A DNA stretch of 64,000 nucleotides from a bacterium (GTDB lineage Bacteria > SM23-31). The notes beneath the pieces were generated by a model. The model was not told where the DNA came from. It saw nothing but the letters and a program-made list of their open reading frames with translations, and made no database searches. Each line of letters starts with the position of its first letter. Positions within the stretch are counted from its first letter, which is position 1. The position numbers and the translations under genes are program-made. The DNA lies in the NCBI GenBank assembly GCA_965249485.1, contig OZ252239.1:1376001-1440000 (forward strand), read 5' to 3'. This document shows, one piece after another, positions 19,992 to 30,328 of the stretch.

Positions 19992-20271
19992 ATTTTAATT
20001 AATTTCTTGCAGGAAATCTCATGATTATTGGGACAGATTCATAGGACGATTTGCTTTCCGAAAAAACAATTTTGAACTATGTAAAGAGACTTTCTCTAAA
20101 AGAAAACTTAATAACAAACGTATTCTTGCCATATTGATGAGTGGAAAAACCGTGAAGATGAAGGGGTTTTATTTGTTTCCAAAGCCGGAGAGATTTTATA
20201 TCGGCTCAAAGAAGATCCATATATAAATCGAATCATTAATTTATTATCATGTAGGAAGAGCGTTCAGAAAG

Positions 20272-21561
20272 ATGTCGAATAAAAATGTCATTATAGCCCA
20301 GTCGGGTGGTCCAACAGCCGTCATAAATAACACGCTCCGGGGAATTATCGAAACCTGCAAAATGTTTCCTGACAAGTTTAGTAAAATTTATGGTGGTTAT
20401 CATGGTATCGAAGGGATTCTTAAAGAAGAACTGATCAATATATCTGCTCAAAGTGATGATGAAATTCAATTATTGAGGGCAACTCCTGCTGCGGGACCTA
20501 TTGGTACATGTCGATATAAATTAAAGAATAACCAGAAGGAAGATTTTAATCGAATAATTGAGGTGTTTAAGTCTCACAACATCGGATATTTTTTCTATAT
20601 TGGTGGGAATGATTCTATGGATACTGCTCATAAAGTTGCGCAACTTGCTCACGATCAGGGTCTTGATGTAACAGCAGTAGGTGTTGCAAAAACGATTGAT
20701 AATGATCTTGGTGATTCCGAATTCAAATTGATAGATCATACCCCGGGCTACGGCAGTATTGCGCGGTATTGGGCATATTATATACAAAATGTGAATGAAG
20801 AAAATCTTGGATCGAATCCTTCTGATCCTGTTATGGTGATTCAAGTAATGGGGAGAAAAATTGGATTCATTCCGGCCTCTGCCCGACTTGCCGACCTAAA
20901 TAGAGAACTGCCTCTCCAGATTTATATGCCGGAATCCGGTTTAAGCATTGATGAAGCCACTGATTCAATAAATGATGGACTCAATAAGAACGGGAGAGTT
21001 ATTGTTGTTATTAGCGAAGGATTTGATGTTGGTAGTATTAAGAAAGTAAAAGATTCTTTTGGACATACACAGTATGGTTCAAGTGCAATATCCGCCCAAC
21101 AGCTGTTCGTAAATCATCTCAACTCAGTTGGAATAAATGCCCATGGTTCTGCCCGGGGACAAGTTTCAGGAACTGACCAGCGTAATTCTATGATTTATGC
21201 TTCAACAGTCGATCTTGACGAGTCATATAAAATCGGTCAAAATGCAGTTGTGATTGCAGTTAATCACGGTTCAGGATTTATGTCAACTATTCTTCGCAAA
21301 AAGGGATTTATTTATGATGTCGAATATGATAAGGTGTTGTTAGAAACTGTAGCAAATTCCGAACGGAAATTTCCCGAACACTGGATCGCTTCGAACAGAA
21401 TCGACGTAACGGATGATTTCGTAAAATATGCACTCCCCTTAATCGGTGAGGACTGGGTGAGCATACCTTTAATAAATGGATTGCAGCGATTTACACGGTT
21501 CGAGAAAATATTTGCTGATCAAAAACTACCTCAATACATACCTCAAGCTTATCGACACTAA
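20272..21561 (+). CDS. pfp: Phosphofructokinase family, probably PPi-dependent
   Basis: AQSGGPTAVIN, GGNDS (Asp at the PPi-specificity position), KTIDND, MGR. Confidence 0.8.
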   Translation: MSNKNVIIAQSGGPTAVINNTLRGIIETCKMFPDKFSKIYGGYHGIEGILKEELINISAQSDDEIQLLRATPAAGPIGTCRYKLKNNQKEDFNRIIEVFKSHNIGYFFYIGGNDSMDTAHKVAQLAHDQGLDVTAVGVAKTIDNDLGDSEFKLIDHTPGYGSIARYWAYYIQNVNEENLGSNPSDPVMVIQVMGRKIGFIPASARLADLNRELPLQIYMPESGLSIDEATDSINDGLNKNGRVIVVISEGFDVGSIKKVKDSFGHTQYGSSAISAQQLFVNHLNSVGINAHGSARGQVSGTDQRNSMIYASTVDLDESYKIGQNAVVIAVNHGSGFMSTILRKKGFIYDVEYDKVLLETVANSERKFPEHWIASNRIDVTDDFVKYALPLIGEDWVSIPLINGLQRFTRFEKIFADQKLPQYIPQAYRH

Positions 21562-21595
21562 TATGAATTGAATAGAATTATGGAGATTAATTCCG

Positions 21596-22483
21596 ATGTC
21601 TGATCCTCAGGCTGAATTGAAAGAGCTAAAACCTGAACATGATTTTTTAGTTGCAATAGATTCGGATGGATGTGCTTTTGATTCAATGGAGATAAAACAT
21701 AAAGAATGTTTCATCCCAAATATAGTAAAATTCTGGAATCTTCAACCGGTATCGAAATATGCGCGTGCGGCCGCTGAATTTGTGAACCTGTACTCAAAAT
21801 GGCGGGGAACGAACCGTTTTCCAGCGTTGGTTAAAGTCTTTGAATTACTTAATGATTGGCAGGATGTTAAAAATCGAAATGTTGAAATTCCCTCAATTCA
21901 TTCTTTGATCGAGTGGATTAATAAGGAAACTCTACTAAGTAATCCTCGTTTAAAAGCCGAAGTAGATAAATCAAATGATCAAATTTTAGTTAATGCTTTA
22001 AAGTGGAGCGAATCTGTAAACTCATCAATAGAAGATATTGTCCAGGGAATTCCTCCATTTCCTTATGTTCGTGAAAGTCTGAAGAAAATTAGTCAATGGG
22101 CGGATATTATCGTATGTTCGGCAACTCCTTATGATGCTTTGAAACGTGAGTGGGAAGAACATGCTATTGCTGAATACGTAAAGATCATCGCTGGTCAGGA
22201 AATGGGAAGTAAAAAAGAACATATACATTTAGCCATGAATGGCAAATATGATAAAAATAAAGTTTTAATGATCGGGGATGCGCCCGGTGATAAAAATGCG
22301 GCAAAATTGAATGATGTGCTCTTTTATCCGATTAATCCAGGATGGGAAGAAATATCATGGAAGTTGTTTTTTGATGAAGTGAGTGACACCTTTTTTAAAG
22401 GAAATTATACAAATAAATATGAATCAAGTTTAATCGCTGAATTTGAAAAGCTTCTCCCCGAAATTCCACCCTGGAAAAAATAA
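21596..22483 (+). CDS. HAD-superfamily hydrolase
   Basis: DSDG motif I, CSAT motif II, MIGDAPGD motif IV. Confidence 0.85.
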   Translation: MSDPQAELKELKPEHDFLVAIDSDGCAFDSMEIKHKECFIPNIVKFWNLQPVSKYARAAAEFVNLYSKWRGTNRFPALVKVFELLNDWQDVKNRNVEIPSIHSLIEWINKETLLSNPRLKAEVDKSNDQILVNALKWSESVNSSIEDIVQGIPPFPYVRESLKKISQWADIIVCSATPYDALKREWEEHAIAEYVKIIAGQEMGSKKEHIHLAMNGKYDKNKVLMIGDAPGDKNAAKLNDVLFYPINPGWEEISWKLFFDEVSDTFFKGNYTNKYESSLIAEFEKLLPEIPPWKK

Positions 22484-22551
22484 CTCATAACACCATTCGA
22501 AAGCAAAGTCGTAAACGATAGTATCATCATTGCCTAGAAATAATTATTTTT

Positions 22552-23829
22552 TCACCGAGCGAAATATTCCGGTAAAATGAGTACAATATCCGGAAATATA
22601 GCAAGTAATAGAGCTATCACAAACATAATACCCACAAAAGGTAAAACGGTCTTCGAAACACTATGTATTGTTTCTCCGGAAATCGAACATGCAATAAATA
22701 AGGTGACACCGACCGGTGGAGTTGCAAGCCCTATAGCAAGAACGAATACCATTAAAACACCGAAATGAATTGGATTAACTCCAACGTGGACAACAGCAGG
22801 CAATAATATCGGTACCAGTATTATCAATGCGGGAGTAGGATCGAGAAATGTTCCAATCGCTAGTAAGAAAAAGCTTATAAATATCAGTAATATAGTTGGA
22901 TTTTGCGAAACTATGAGAAGTAATTCGACAATTTTTTGGGGAATTTGCTCACTTGCTATTATCCATGCAAAACTATACGAGGTTGCTATGAGTAGCATGG
23001 ACAAAGATGTTTTGACTGCAGTATCAAGAAAGATTGCAGATAGGTTTTTTAGTTTTAGCTTTTTATAGACAAAAAATCCGAGAATGAAACCATAAAACAC
23101 GGCCAGTATTGCAGCTTCAGTTGGAGTAACGATCCCTCCGAATATTCCACCTAAAATTATCAAGGGCATCATAAATGCAATGATTGAGTCCTTGAACGAA
23201 AGGACAATTGATTTCAGGCTCTGTTTTTGTCGTACAGGGTAATTGTTTTTTTTAGCAATAAAATACATTACGAACATGAGAGCAAAACCGACAATAATCC
23301 CCGGAATAATACCTCCCAAAAATAAATCGCCGATTGAAACCGAGCCGACAACACCGAATATAATCATCGGAATGCTTGGTGGAATTATGACTCCTATAGA
23401 ACCGGCTGCTGCCTGTACCGATGTTGCAACAGGTTTGTCATATGAGTTCTTTACCATTGCAGGTATTAATACCGCACCGATTGCAGCTGTAGCCGCTGCT
23501 GCTGCACCACTCATGCTTGCGAAGAGCATCGCAGCCAGTATACATACCATTCCAATGCCGCCACTAATGTGCCCGATTACATTATCTGCAAACTTGATCA
23601 ATTGTGACGATATACCACCATGTTCCATTAAGGAACCGGCAAGCATGAAGAAGGGAAGTGCCATTAACGGAAATGAATCGCATGCGACAAACATGCGCTG
23701 GGCTAACAATGTTAAAGGTATATCGCCAGCAAAAAGCAGTGCAATAAGGGATGTAAGCCCGATCGAAAAAGCTATGGGAACATTAATGGAAAAGAAAAAC
23801 AGAAGACTGAGTACGAGAACAATTTCCAT
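22552..23829 (-). CDS. dctM: TRAP transporter large permease
   Basis: About 12 hydrophobic segments, IPPSIPMI, TPTEAA, TPPVG. Confidence 0.93.
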   Translation of the reverse strand: MEIVLVLSLLFFFSINVPIAFSIGLTSLIALLFAGDIPLTLLAQRMFVACDSFPLMALPFFMLAGSLMEHGGISSQLIKFADNVIGHISGGIGMVCILAAMLFASMSGAAAAATAAIGAVLIPAMVKNSYDKPVATSVQAAAGSIGVIIPPSIPMIIFGVVGSVSIGDLFLGGIIPGIIVGFALMFVMYFIAKKNNYPVRQKQSLKSIVLSFKDSIIAFMMPLIILGGIFGGIVTPTEAAILAVFYGFILGFFVYKKLKLKNLSAIFLDTAVKTSLSMLLIATSYSFAWIIASEQIPQKIVELLLIVSQNPTILLIFISFFLLAIGTFLDPTPALIILVPILLPAVVHVGVNPIHFGVLMVFVLAIGLATPPVGVTLFIACSISGETIHSVSKTVLPFVGIMFVIALLLAIFPDIVLILPEYFAR

Positions 23830-23848
23830 AGTATTAGTACCGGGTTAA

Positions 23849-24325
23849 CTAAAAACTCTTATTTTTTTTGAGTGCTGATATAATTTCTTTAATAATATAC
23901 ATGCTCATAATAAATGATGAAAATGGTATTGCAGCATATGGAAAACTCATTGGTATTCTCATAGCAGGAGAATATTGAGTCCAATTTCTTATTGTCAATT
24001 GGACACCTTCAAACATTACCACACCAAGGAAACAAAGTATGAATCCACTACCCATTATTTTGAGAATGTGTTGAGACTTCGGTTTCAATTTTTTAACCAC
24101 CATATCCACACCGAAGTGTGCACTTTTCTTTACCCCTACCGCCGCACCCATAAGAGCAAGCCAAACGAACAGGTACCGCGCCAGTTCTTCTGACCAGGGA
24201 AGCGAATATTTTATGACATACCTGAATAATACCTGCAGGAAGATCACGATACTCATTAACGAAAGAAGGGAAAAAACAAAGTATTCTATAGCATTATCGA
24301 TTTTTCTGAACAATACATTAACCAC
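23849..24325 (-). CDS. dctQ: TRAP transporter small permease
   Basis: QVLFRY...WSEELARY; 4 TM segments; lies between dctP and dctM. Confidence 0.92.
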   Translation of the reverse strand: MVNVLFRKIDNAIEYFVFSLLSLMSIVIFLQVLFRYVIKYSLPWSEELARYLFVWLALMGAAVGVKKSAHFGVDMVVKKLKPKSQHILKIMGSGFILCFLGVVMFEGVQLTIRNWTQYSPAMRIPMSFPYAAIPFSSFIMSMYIIKEIISALKKNKSF

Positions 24326-24412
24326 ATAATTGTTGTATGCACATTTTTTTCTGAATATTAGTAATTTCTGACTTTTTGTGAGTAAAAAACTATATACGAC
24401 ACAATAAGAAAA

Positions 24413-25399
24413 TTATTCAATATTCCTTATTTTTTCAATAAGTGAACTATCAATAATCTCTTTGAAATCGGAATAAACTTCTTCAGATATTTTTCTAAAT
24501 GAGTCTAGAGAAGGGCGGTTAATGATAACTCCTTCTTGCTCAAGTTTCATTAAAGAATCATTAGTCATGTTTTTCACGGTCTCACGCTGGTAATCCCGTG
24601 CAACCACAGCAGCGTTTTGAATGATGGTTTTGTGCTCATCGGATAAACCGTCAAAAAACAGTTTACTCACCATGAACGGTGCGGGATTGTAAAAATGTTG
24701 TGTTAATGTGTAGAATTTTGTTAACTGCCAGAATCCGAATGTGTAAAATGAGTTCGGATCGTTTTCTGCCCCGTCTATAACACCCTGCTGAAGCGCAGAG
24801 AAAACTTCACCCGAGGCCATTGGCGTTGCCTGTGCGCCAAAGGCGTTGAACGTTCCAATGTGGATAGGATTTTCCATTACCCGTATCTTCAATCCTGTTA
24901 AATCGTCAATAGTATTAATCGGTTTTTTTGTGAAAACACTTCTTGTTCCTGCTGACCAGAATGCGAGAATCTTTATGCCGAAATCCTCAGTCTTTAAAGC
25001 AATTTCTTGCCCGACAGGTCCATCCAATACTTTCGCTGCATGTTCATTATCTCGGAATATATATGGAAAATCAAAAACCATCAATTCCGGCACCCAGGAA
25101 CTCAGGGGTGCATTTGATGTGGGCGCTATTTGGATCGTTCCAATTTGTAATCCCTCAATTATGTCCCGTTCATTTCCAAGTTGAGTACTCGGATATATGT
25201 TAACTTGTATCTCATTATTTGTCTCAGTTTCAACAATACTCTTGAATTTTAGCAATCCAAGTTGAAAAGGATGATCGATCGCTGTAACATGAGCGGCTTT
25301 CAGGATTATTGTACCATCATTTGAACTACAGCCAATACCGATGACAAAAAAGAGAATTACCACTAACAGCATCGATTTTACAAATTGGGATTTTATCAT
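24413..25399 (-). CDS. dctP: TRAP transporter substrate-binding protein (probable lipoprotein)
   Basis: YPSTQLG.ER, GLKIRV, ALQQGVIDGAEN; start MIKSQ after GAGGA. Confidence 0.92.
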   Translation of the reverse strand: MIKSQFVKSMLLVVILFFVIGIGCSSNDGTIILKAAHVTAIDHPFQLGLLKFKSIVETETNNEIQVNIYPSTQLGNERDIIEGLQIGTIQIAPTSNAPLSSWVPELMVFDFPYIFRDNEHAAKVLDGPVGQEIALKTEDFGIKILAFWSAGTRSVFTKKPINTIDDLTGLKIRVMENPIHIGTFNAFGAQATPMASGEVFSALQQGVIDGAENDPNSFYTFGFWQLTKFYTLTQHFYNPAPFMVSKLFFDGLSDEHKTIIQNAAVVARDYQRETVKNMTNDSLMKLEQEGVIINRPSLDSFRKISEEVYSDFKEIIDSSLIEKIRNIE

Positions 25400-25450
25400 T
25401 CTATCCTCTTGAAAGTTGGACAAAAAAAGTATTGATATTGTAAGATCAGA

Positions 25451-27871
25451 TCATCTTCTGATAACTGTAAGCAGATATTGTTTTCCGAGTTGAGTTTCAA
25501 ACTCAATGGTTGCATTGCTTGATTTTTTTATCGGAACAACCTGGTTGTCAGATCTCACTTCGACATCTCCTTCTACACCAATTTTGCATGTATCGCCTGT
25601 ATTGGAGATTATCGTAGCCGAAGCTAGTTTCCCGTATTTCCATGAGAAGTCCACTTCAAATCCGCCTCGTGCCCTGAGACCTGTAACGGAGCCTTCAGAC
25701 CACTCTTTTGGTAACGCTGGTAGCATTCTGATAATACCATTTTGACTTTGTAACAACATTTCGGCAATAGCCGCTGTAGAGCCGAGATTTCCGTCTATTT
25801 GAAAAGGGTTAAGCTCAGTGAAGAGATTTGGATTAACATTTGAAGCAAGCATTTGCTTAAAGATCGATAATGCACGGTCGCCATTTTGCAGCCGAGACCA
25901 GCAGGCAGCTCTCCAGGCCATGCCCCATGCCATGCGTGGGATGTCACCTCTGCGCTCTAATGATACTTTAGCTGCTTCAGCTAAATCAGGAGTTGATTCC
26001 GGTGAAATCTGAGTTCCCGGAAATAATGCGAACAGGTGGGAAATGTGCAGTTGTTCAGGATCTGGCTCTTCATAATCTTCCATCCATTCTTGCAGCTGAC
26101 CATATTTTCCGATTTTCGCACCTGGTAAGCGCTTCAATGCGGAATTGAGTTCATCTCGAAAATCAATGTCAACATTTAATAGGTTACTTGCTTCAATACA
26201 TTTATTGAACAACTCATTTGTAATTTGAATATCCATTGAAGGTGCCATGCTTATTCTGCCGAATTCTCCATCAGGAAAAAAATATGAATTTTCAGGTGAC
26301 ATTGAGGGACCCGTTACTAAATTTCCATGAGGATCTTCCACAAGATTATCAAGTAGAAACTCCGCCGCTTCTTTCATAACGGGATATGCTTCCCGGGCAA
26401 GAAAATCCCGGTCCATTCCGAAGGCATAATGTTCCCACAGATGAAGACTAAGCCACGCACCTCCCATTGGCCATAGTCCCCATTGCGCAGCACCAACCGG
26501 AGCAGCATTTCCCCAGATATCGGTATTATGATGTGCGACAAAACCTCTCGAACCATACATGATTTTTGCTGTACGACGACCTGTTTCCCTGATAACATTA
26601 ATTAAATCAAACAACGGCAGATGACATTCCTTTAAATTTGTAACCTCAATTGGCCAGTAATTCATTTCCGCATTAATATTTAATGTCCACTTACTACCCC
26701 ATTCAGGATAGAGTTGATCATTCCAAATTCCTTGTAAATTTGCCGGTAATGTTCCTGGGCGTGAAGAGGAAATCAGCAGATACCTGCCGAATTGAAACAA
26801 TAATGCAACCAGTTGTGGATCGTCCTCTTCAAGAGCATATTTAATACGATTATCGGTCGGCCGTTCTATATTTGCAGTTTCACCCAGATTGATTGTCACA
26901 CGATGAAACAGGTTCTGATAATCTGATACATGGTCCTTTTGTAAATTTTCAAAAGTTTTTTCCGAGACATCATCAATATATTTCTTTGTTAATGCTTGAG
27001 GATCACCCTTAATATCATTTCTGTTTTTAAAACTTGTTGCTGCAGCGAATTTCAAGGTGACTGTATTGGCATTTCGTACATGTATCTGATTTTCAGATGA
27101 ATACTTGGAACCGCCTTCTGTTGTTATATGTAATCGACCCTCAAATTTCATCCCTTTTCCATCCCATGTTGCATTCTCAGGCTGGAGAGCCAGACGCTTT
27201 CCTTGCTGGCCAAATAACCGCAACACATTGTTTTCTACTGATTGTGTCTCAGTATCCGGTTGAGGGCTTGTTAGTGATGCATCAAAAGATATTTTTCCGG
27301 GCTCATTACTTGTAAGGCGAATAACAATGACCTGATCAACTGCCGATGAAAAAATCTCACGGGTAAATGTAACACCATCAATTTTATACCTTATTTTTAC
27401 AATTGCCCGGTTGAGATCAAGCTCTCTATGATATTCGGTAAAATTTTGATGTCCGTGAAACTGGAGATAGAGGTCACCTAAAGGTTGGTAGGCGTGAAGC
27501 CGCCTCGGAATACCTATCATAGAGCTGTCTGCCAGCTCAAAAGCATCTTTATGCTTCCCCTCAAATAACAGGCTCCGGATCTTAGGAAGATTTTCCAAAG
27601 ACTTCGGATTATTCCTGTCTACAATGTCACCCGACCAAAATGTGTCTTCATTAAGTTGAATATTCTCTGTTTGAACAGTGCCGTATATCATTCCACCAAG
27701 ACGACCATTCCCAACAGGGAGAGCTTCCGTCCATATTCCAGCTGGTTGTTGGTACCATAGAATGTTGCTTCTAACAATATCGTCAGTCTGAACTGGAGGG
27801 TTCGATAGAACGCTTGCTCCAGTAATAACTATACAATATCCTATGACAAATATTTTGACCAATTTCTTCAT
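25451..27871 (-). CDS. Glycoside hydrolase family 95 (alpha-L-fucosidase-like), exported
   Basis: ALPVGNGRLGGM, PANLQGIW, NINAEMNYW, HISHLFALFP, FQIDGNLG. Confidence 0.92.
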   Translation of the reverse strand: MKKLVKIFVIGYCIVITGASVLSNPPVQTDDIVRSNILWYQQPAGIWTEALPVGNGRLGGMIYGTVQTENIQLNEDTFWSGDIVDRNNPKSLENLPKIRSLLFEGKHKDAFELADSSMIGIPRRLHAYQPLGDLYLQFHGHQNFTEYHRELDLNRAIVKIRYKIDGVTFTREIFSSAVDQVIVIRLTSNEPGKISFDASLTSPQPDTETQSVENNVLRLFGQQGKRLALQPENATWDGKGMKFEGRLHITTEGGSKYSSENQIHVRNANTVTLKFAAATSFKNRNDIKGDPQALTKKYIDDVSEKTFENLQKDHVSDYQNLFHRVTINLGETANIERPTDNRIKYALEEDDPQLVALLFQFGRYLLISSSRPGTLPANLQGIWNDQLYPEWGSKWTLNINAEMNYWPIEVTNLKECHLPLFDLINVIRETGRRTAKIMYGSRGFVAHHNTDIWGNAAPVGAAQWGLWPMGGAWLSLHLWEHYAFGMDRDFLAREAYPVMKEAAEFLLDNLVEDPHGNLVTGPSMSPENSYFFPDGEFGRISMAPSMDIQITNELFNKCIEASNLLNVDIDFRDELNSALKRLPGAKIGKYGQLQEWMEDYEEPDPEQLHISHLFALFPGTQISPESTPDLAEAAKVSLERRGDIPRMAWGMAWRAACWSRLQNGDRALSIFKQMLASNVNPNLFTELNPFQIDGNLGSTAAIAEMLLQSQNGIIRMLPALPKEWSEGSVTGLRARGGFEVDFSWKYGKLASATIISNTGDTCKIGVEGDVEVRSDNQVVPIKKSSNATIEFETQLGKQYLLTVIRR

Positions 27872-27917
27872 TCTTCACTTTATCTCAATGATATTAGAAG
27901 GTCTTAACTACACAGTA

Positions 27918-30035
27918 TCATTTTACCGGTACCAGGTTAAGTTTCAAAGATTTATGTGCAATCTTATTTATCCAAACTATCAAGTCCCTGCCTTGTGATG
28001 TTTGTTGGTGACCGACACGGAAGTCATTACTCTTATCAACCGATTCTCCATTCATGAACAAATCTATATCGGCTCTTCCCCAGTTCTTTATGACAAATGC
28101 TGGATTGATAACCGGATGTTCTTCGCTTCCGGCAAGTTCTAACTTTAACTCAGATGGGGCACCATTTTCAGACGTAGAAAGTACATATGCACGCTGGTAT
28201 TTATCATAACCGATGTTTTTGAATCCGGCACTGCCAAGTGTTAATTCGGCGGGTTTGATCCACGAGCGTGCCAGTGGAATAAGTTCTTCGGCTTTTTGTT
28301 CTGTAAGACCGTAAAGTGAAACAGACAGGTATGAATCAGCCTCACCTTTTACAACAAGTGGACGGCCTTCTGCCAGCGCGGTATGGGATGGACGATCGAT
28401 GCCCGAGACACTACGAGAGTCATTTGGAATCCGACTAACAGGCCAATGGTTTCTCCAGTGAAAATTCGACCATTCCTTCCGAACGCCCCATGGATATTCA
28501 ATGATTTCGCCGCCGGGTTCAAAGATGATAAAAGGTCTATTTATTGCCTTCAGGTTCGTCATCTGGATATTGGCGTTTGCAGGCCTGTCATAAGGAGTAG
28601 GAGGACCATCTTTCCAGGAATAGGTATACGTCTCACCATCCATATTTGCAAGGGTTAATGCATCAATATCGACATTGTCCTCCGGCTTTGTACCGGGCTG
28701 ATTAAGGAAAATTGTTTCCTGCCACTGATGAATATTCTCGTCAGTCCATAACACCTGTTTACGGACAATAACACGGTCTGGATAAATAGTGAAATATTCG
28801 TCTGCCCACGAACCCCAGCCAGTCTCAGGATTCTCACCGGTAATCTGATACAGTATATTCGTAATCGCATAACGCCAGTGAACAACAACCCTGGCATCGC
28901 TGTTCTCAATGATTCTTACGTGTGAATACCGATTTTGTTTGTCCGCCATGTGCTCAGAACTGCCCCAGCCCGACCTGCCGCTCCACAATTCAATACTCTG
29001 ATCACCCATCCACAACCCGTTCTCAGTTACATAACTGGCTCCATAGTTTACCCCTCTCCAGAAGACCACTTTTACCGGCGAATCATCAAACGTAACAACG
29101 ACATCGGCATAGTCACCCACTCTCCATAACTCATCCCAGGTATCACTGTATTCAAGTTTTGTAAAGTATGCGCCAAATTCCTTTCTGTTCTCAGCAACTG
29201 AGGGGAATGACCGCCATGACAAAGGCTGTGGTTCATTCAGTGTGACAAACCTAAACGAATCATTTACCTCATCAAGACTCAATGCTTTATTATAAAGCTT
29301 CACTTCGTCGATACGGCCGTCAAAGACCATGTTTGTTAATGATTTGCGTGAGGGTTCTCTGTTGGTAAACAAAGGGTACATCTTTTGGTGGCTTTTACCA
29401 ACGAAGAGTTTTAACGTGTTTTTCGGCTGCGGTAGCAGTTTGCCGTCAGGTGTATAGACCGCTTCACCAACCGGGGTCATTGAACCTTGAAATGATTGAA
29501 TTCCTGCAACTTCACCGTTGATATAAACAGTCAATCCTTTGCCTTGTTCAAAGGTGCCAGCTATATGTGTCCACCGTAACAACGGGATATTCGCATCGGA
29601 GACACATTTACGCCAATCATCATTGACCGCCATGTGAAATCCAACCTGACCCAAAGCGTTAACACCAAAAAAATAACCTCCGCGATTGTCAACTTCATGA
29701 GACACGACAGCAGTCCAGTTCCACGGATATGTCTGTGGGGCTATCCATGCTTCAATGGTGAACGAACCTTCAAACGTCGGGACGTGATCGACTTCTCTGA
29801 CAACATGGGTTGTATATCCATCAAATCGTAATGAATTACCGATCACACCCCCGACATGTTTATAATTACCCTGGAGAGAATCTTCGATTTTACTTGCCTT
29901 GTCGATTACGGTTTCATCCGAACTTTCGTCAAAACTCCACCAGGCTACCGGACCGGTCTCCTGTGCTGGTACAGGGTGTATTGAGAATAGTAATAGTAAT
30001 ACGATCACAGCTTTATTTATAAGAATTTTGCACAT
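27918..30035 (-). CDS. Exported LamG/ConA-like domain protein, copy 1
   Basis: VAWWSFDE, FTIEAWI, WTHIAGT, FDGRIDEVKLY N-terminal LamG signatures plus a large unassigned C-terminal region. Confidence 0.8.
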   Translation of the reverse strand: MCKILINKAVIVLLLLFSIHPVPAQETGPVAWWSFDESSDETVIDKASKIEDSLQGNYKHVGGVIGNSLRFDGYTTHVVREVDHVPTFEGSFTIEAWIAPQTYPWNWTAVVSHEVDNRGGYFFGVNALGQVGFHMAVNDDWRKCVSDANIPLLRWTHIAGTFEQGKGLTVYINGEVAGIQSFQGSMTPVGEAVYTPDGKLLPQPKNTLKLFVGKSHQKMYPLFTNREPSRKSLTNMVFDGRIDEVKLYNKALSLDEVNDSFRFVTLNEPQPLSWRSFPSVAENRKEFGAYFTKLEYSDTWDELWRVGDYADVVVTFDDSPVKVVFWRGVNYGASYVTENGLWMGDQSIELWSGRSGWGSSEHMADKQNRYSHVRIIENSDARVVVHWRYAITNILYQITGENPETGWGSWADEYFTIYPDRVIVRKQVLWTDENIHQWQETIFLNQPGTKPEDNVDIDALTLANMDGETYTYSWKDGPPTPYDRPANANIQMTNLKAINRPFIIFEPGGEIIEYPWGVRKEWSNFHWRNHWPVSRIPNDSRSVSGIDRPSHTALAEGRPLVVKGEADSYLSVSLYGLTEQKAEELIPLARSWIKPAELTLGSAGFKNIGYDKYQRAYVLSTSENGAPSELKLELAGSEEHPVINPAFVIKNWGRADIDLFMNGESVDKSNDFRVGHQQTSQGRDLIVWINKIAHKSLKLNLVPVK

Positions 30036-30328
30036 TATATAGTACCTCTAACCATTGCATCAAATAAAATTAGAATAATTGCTCTGAAAAAGTTGTTATT
30101 CTAAAACTTGTCCGAACAATCATAAATACAAATCAATATAAAATCAAGTTCTTTATCCTCCAAATGTACAAATATATTTTTATTAATATCCGAATTTATT
30201 AGGAAAAATCCTACTATTGGGGAAAATAATTGTTTTCCAAAAAATTTATTTCTACTATTTTGATACCAATTTCAGACTCCACTTTATTTCATAAACCACA
30301 TTCCGTTTTTAATATTGAGGTGTTGCTC

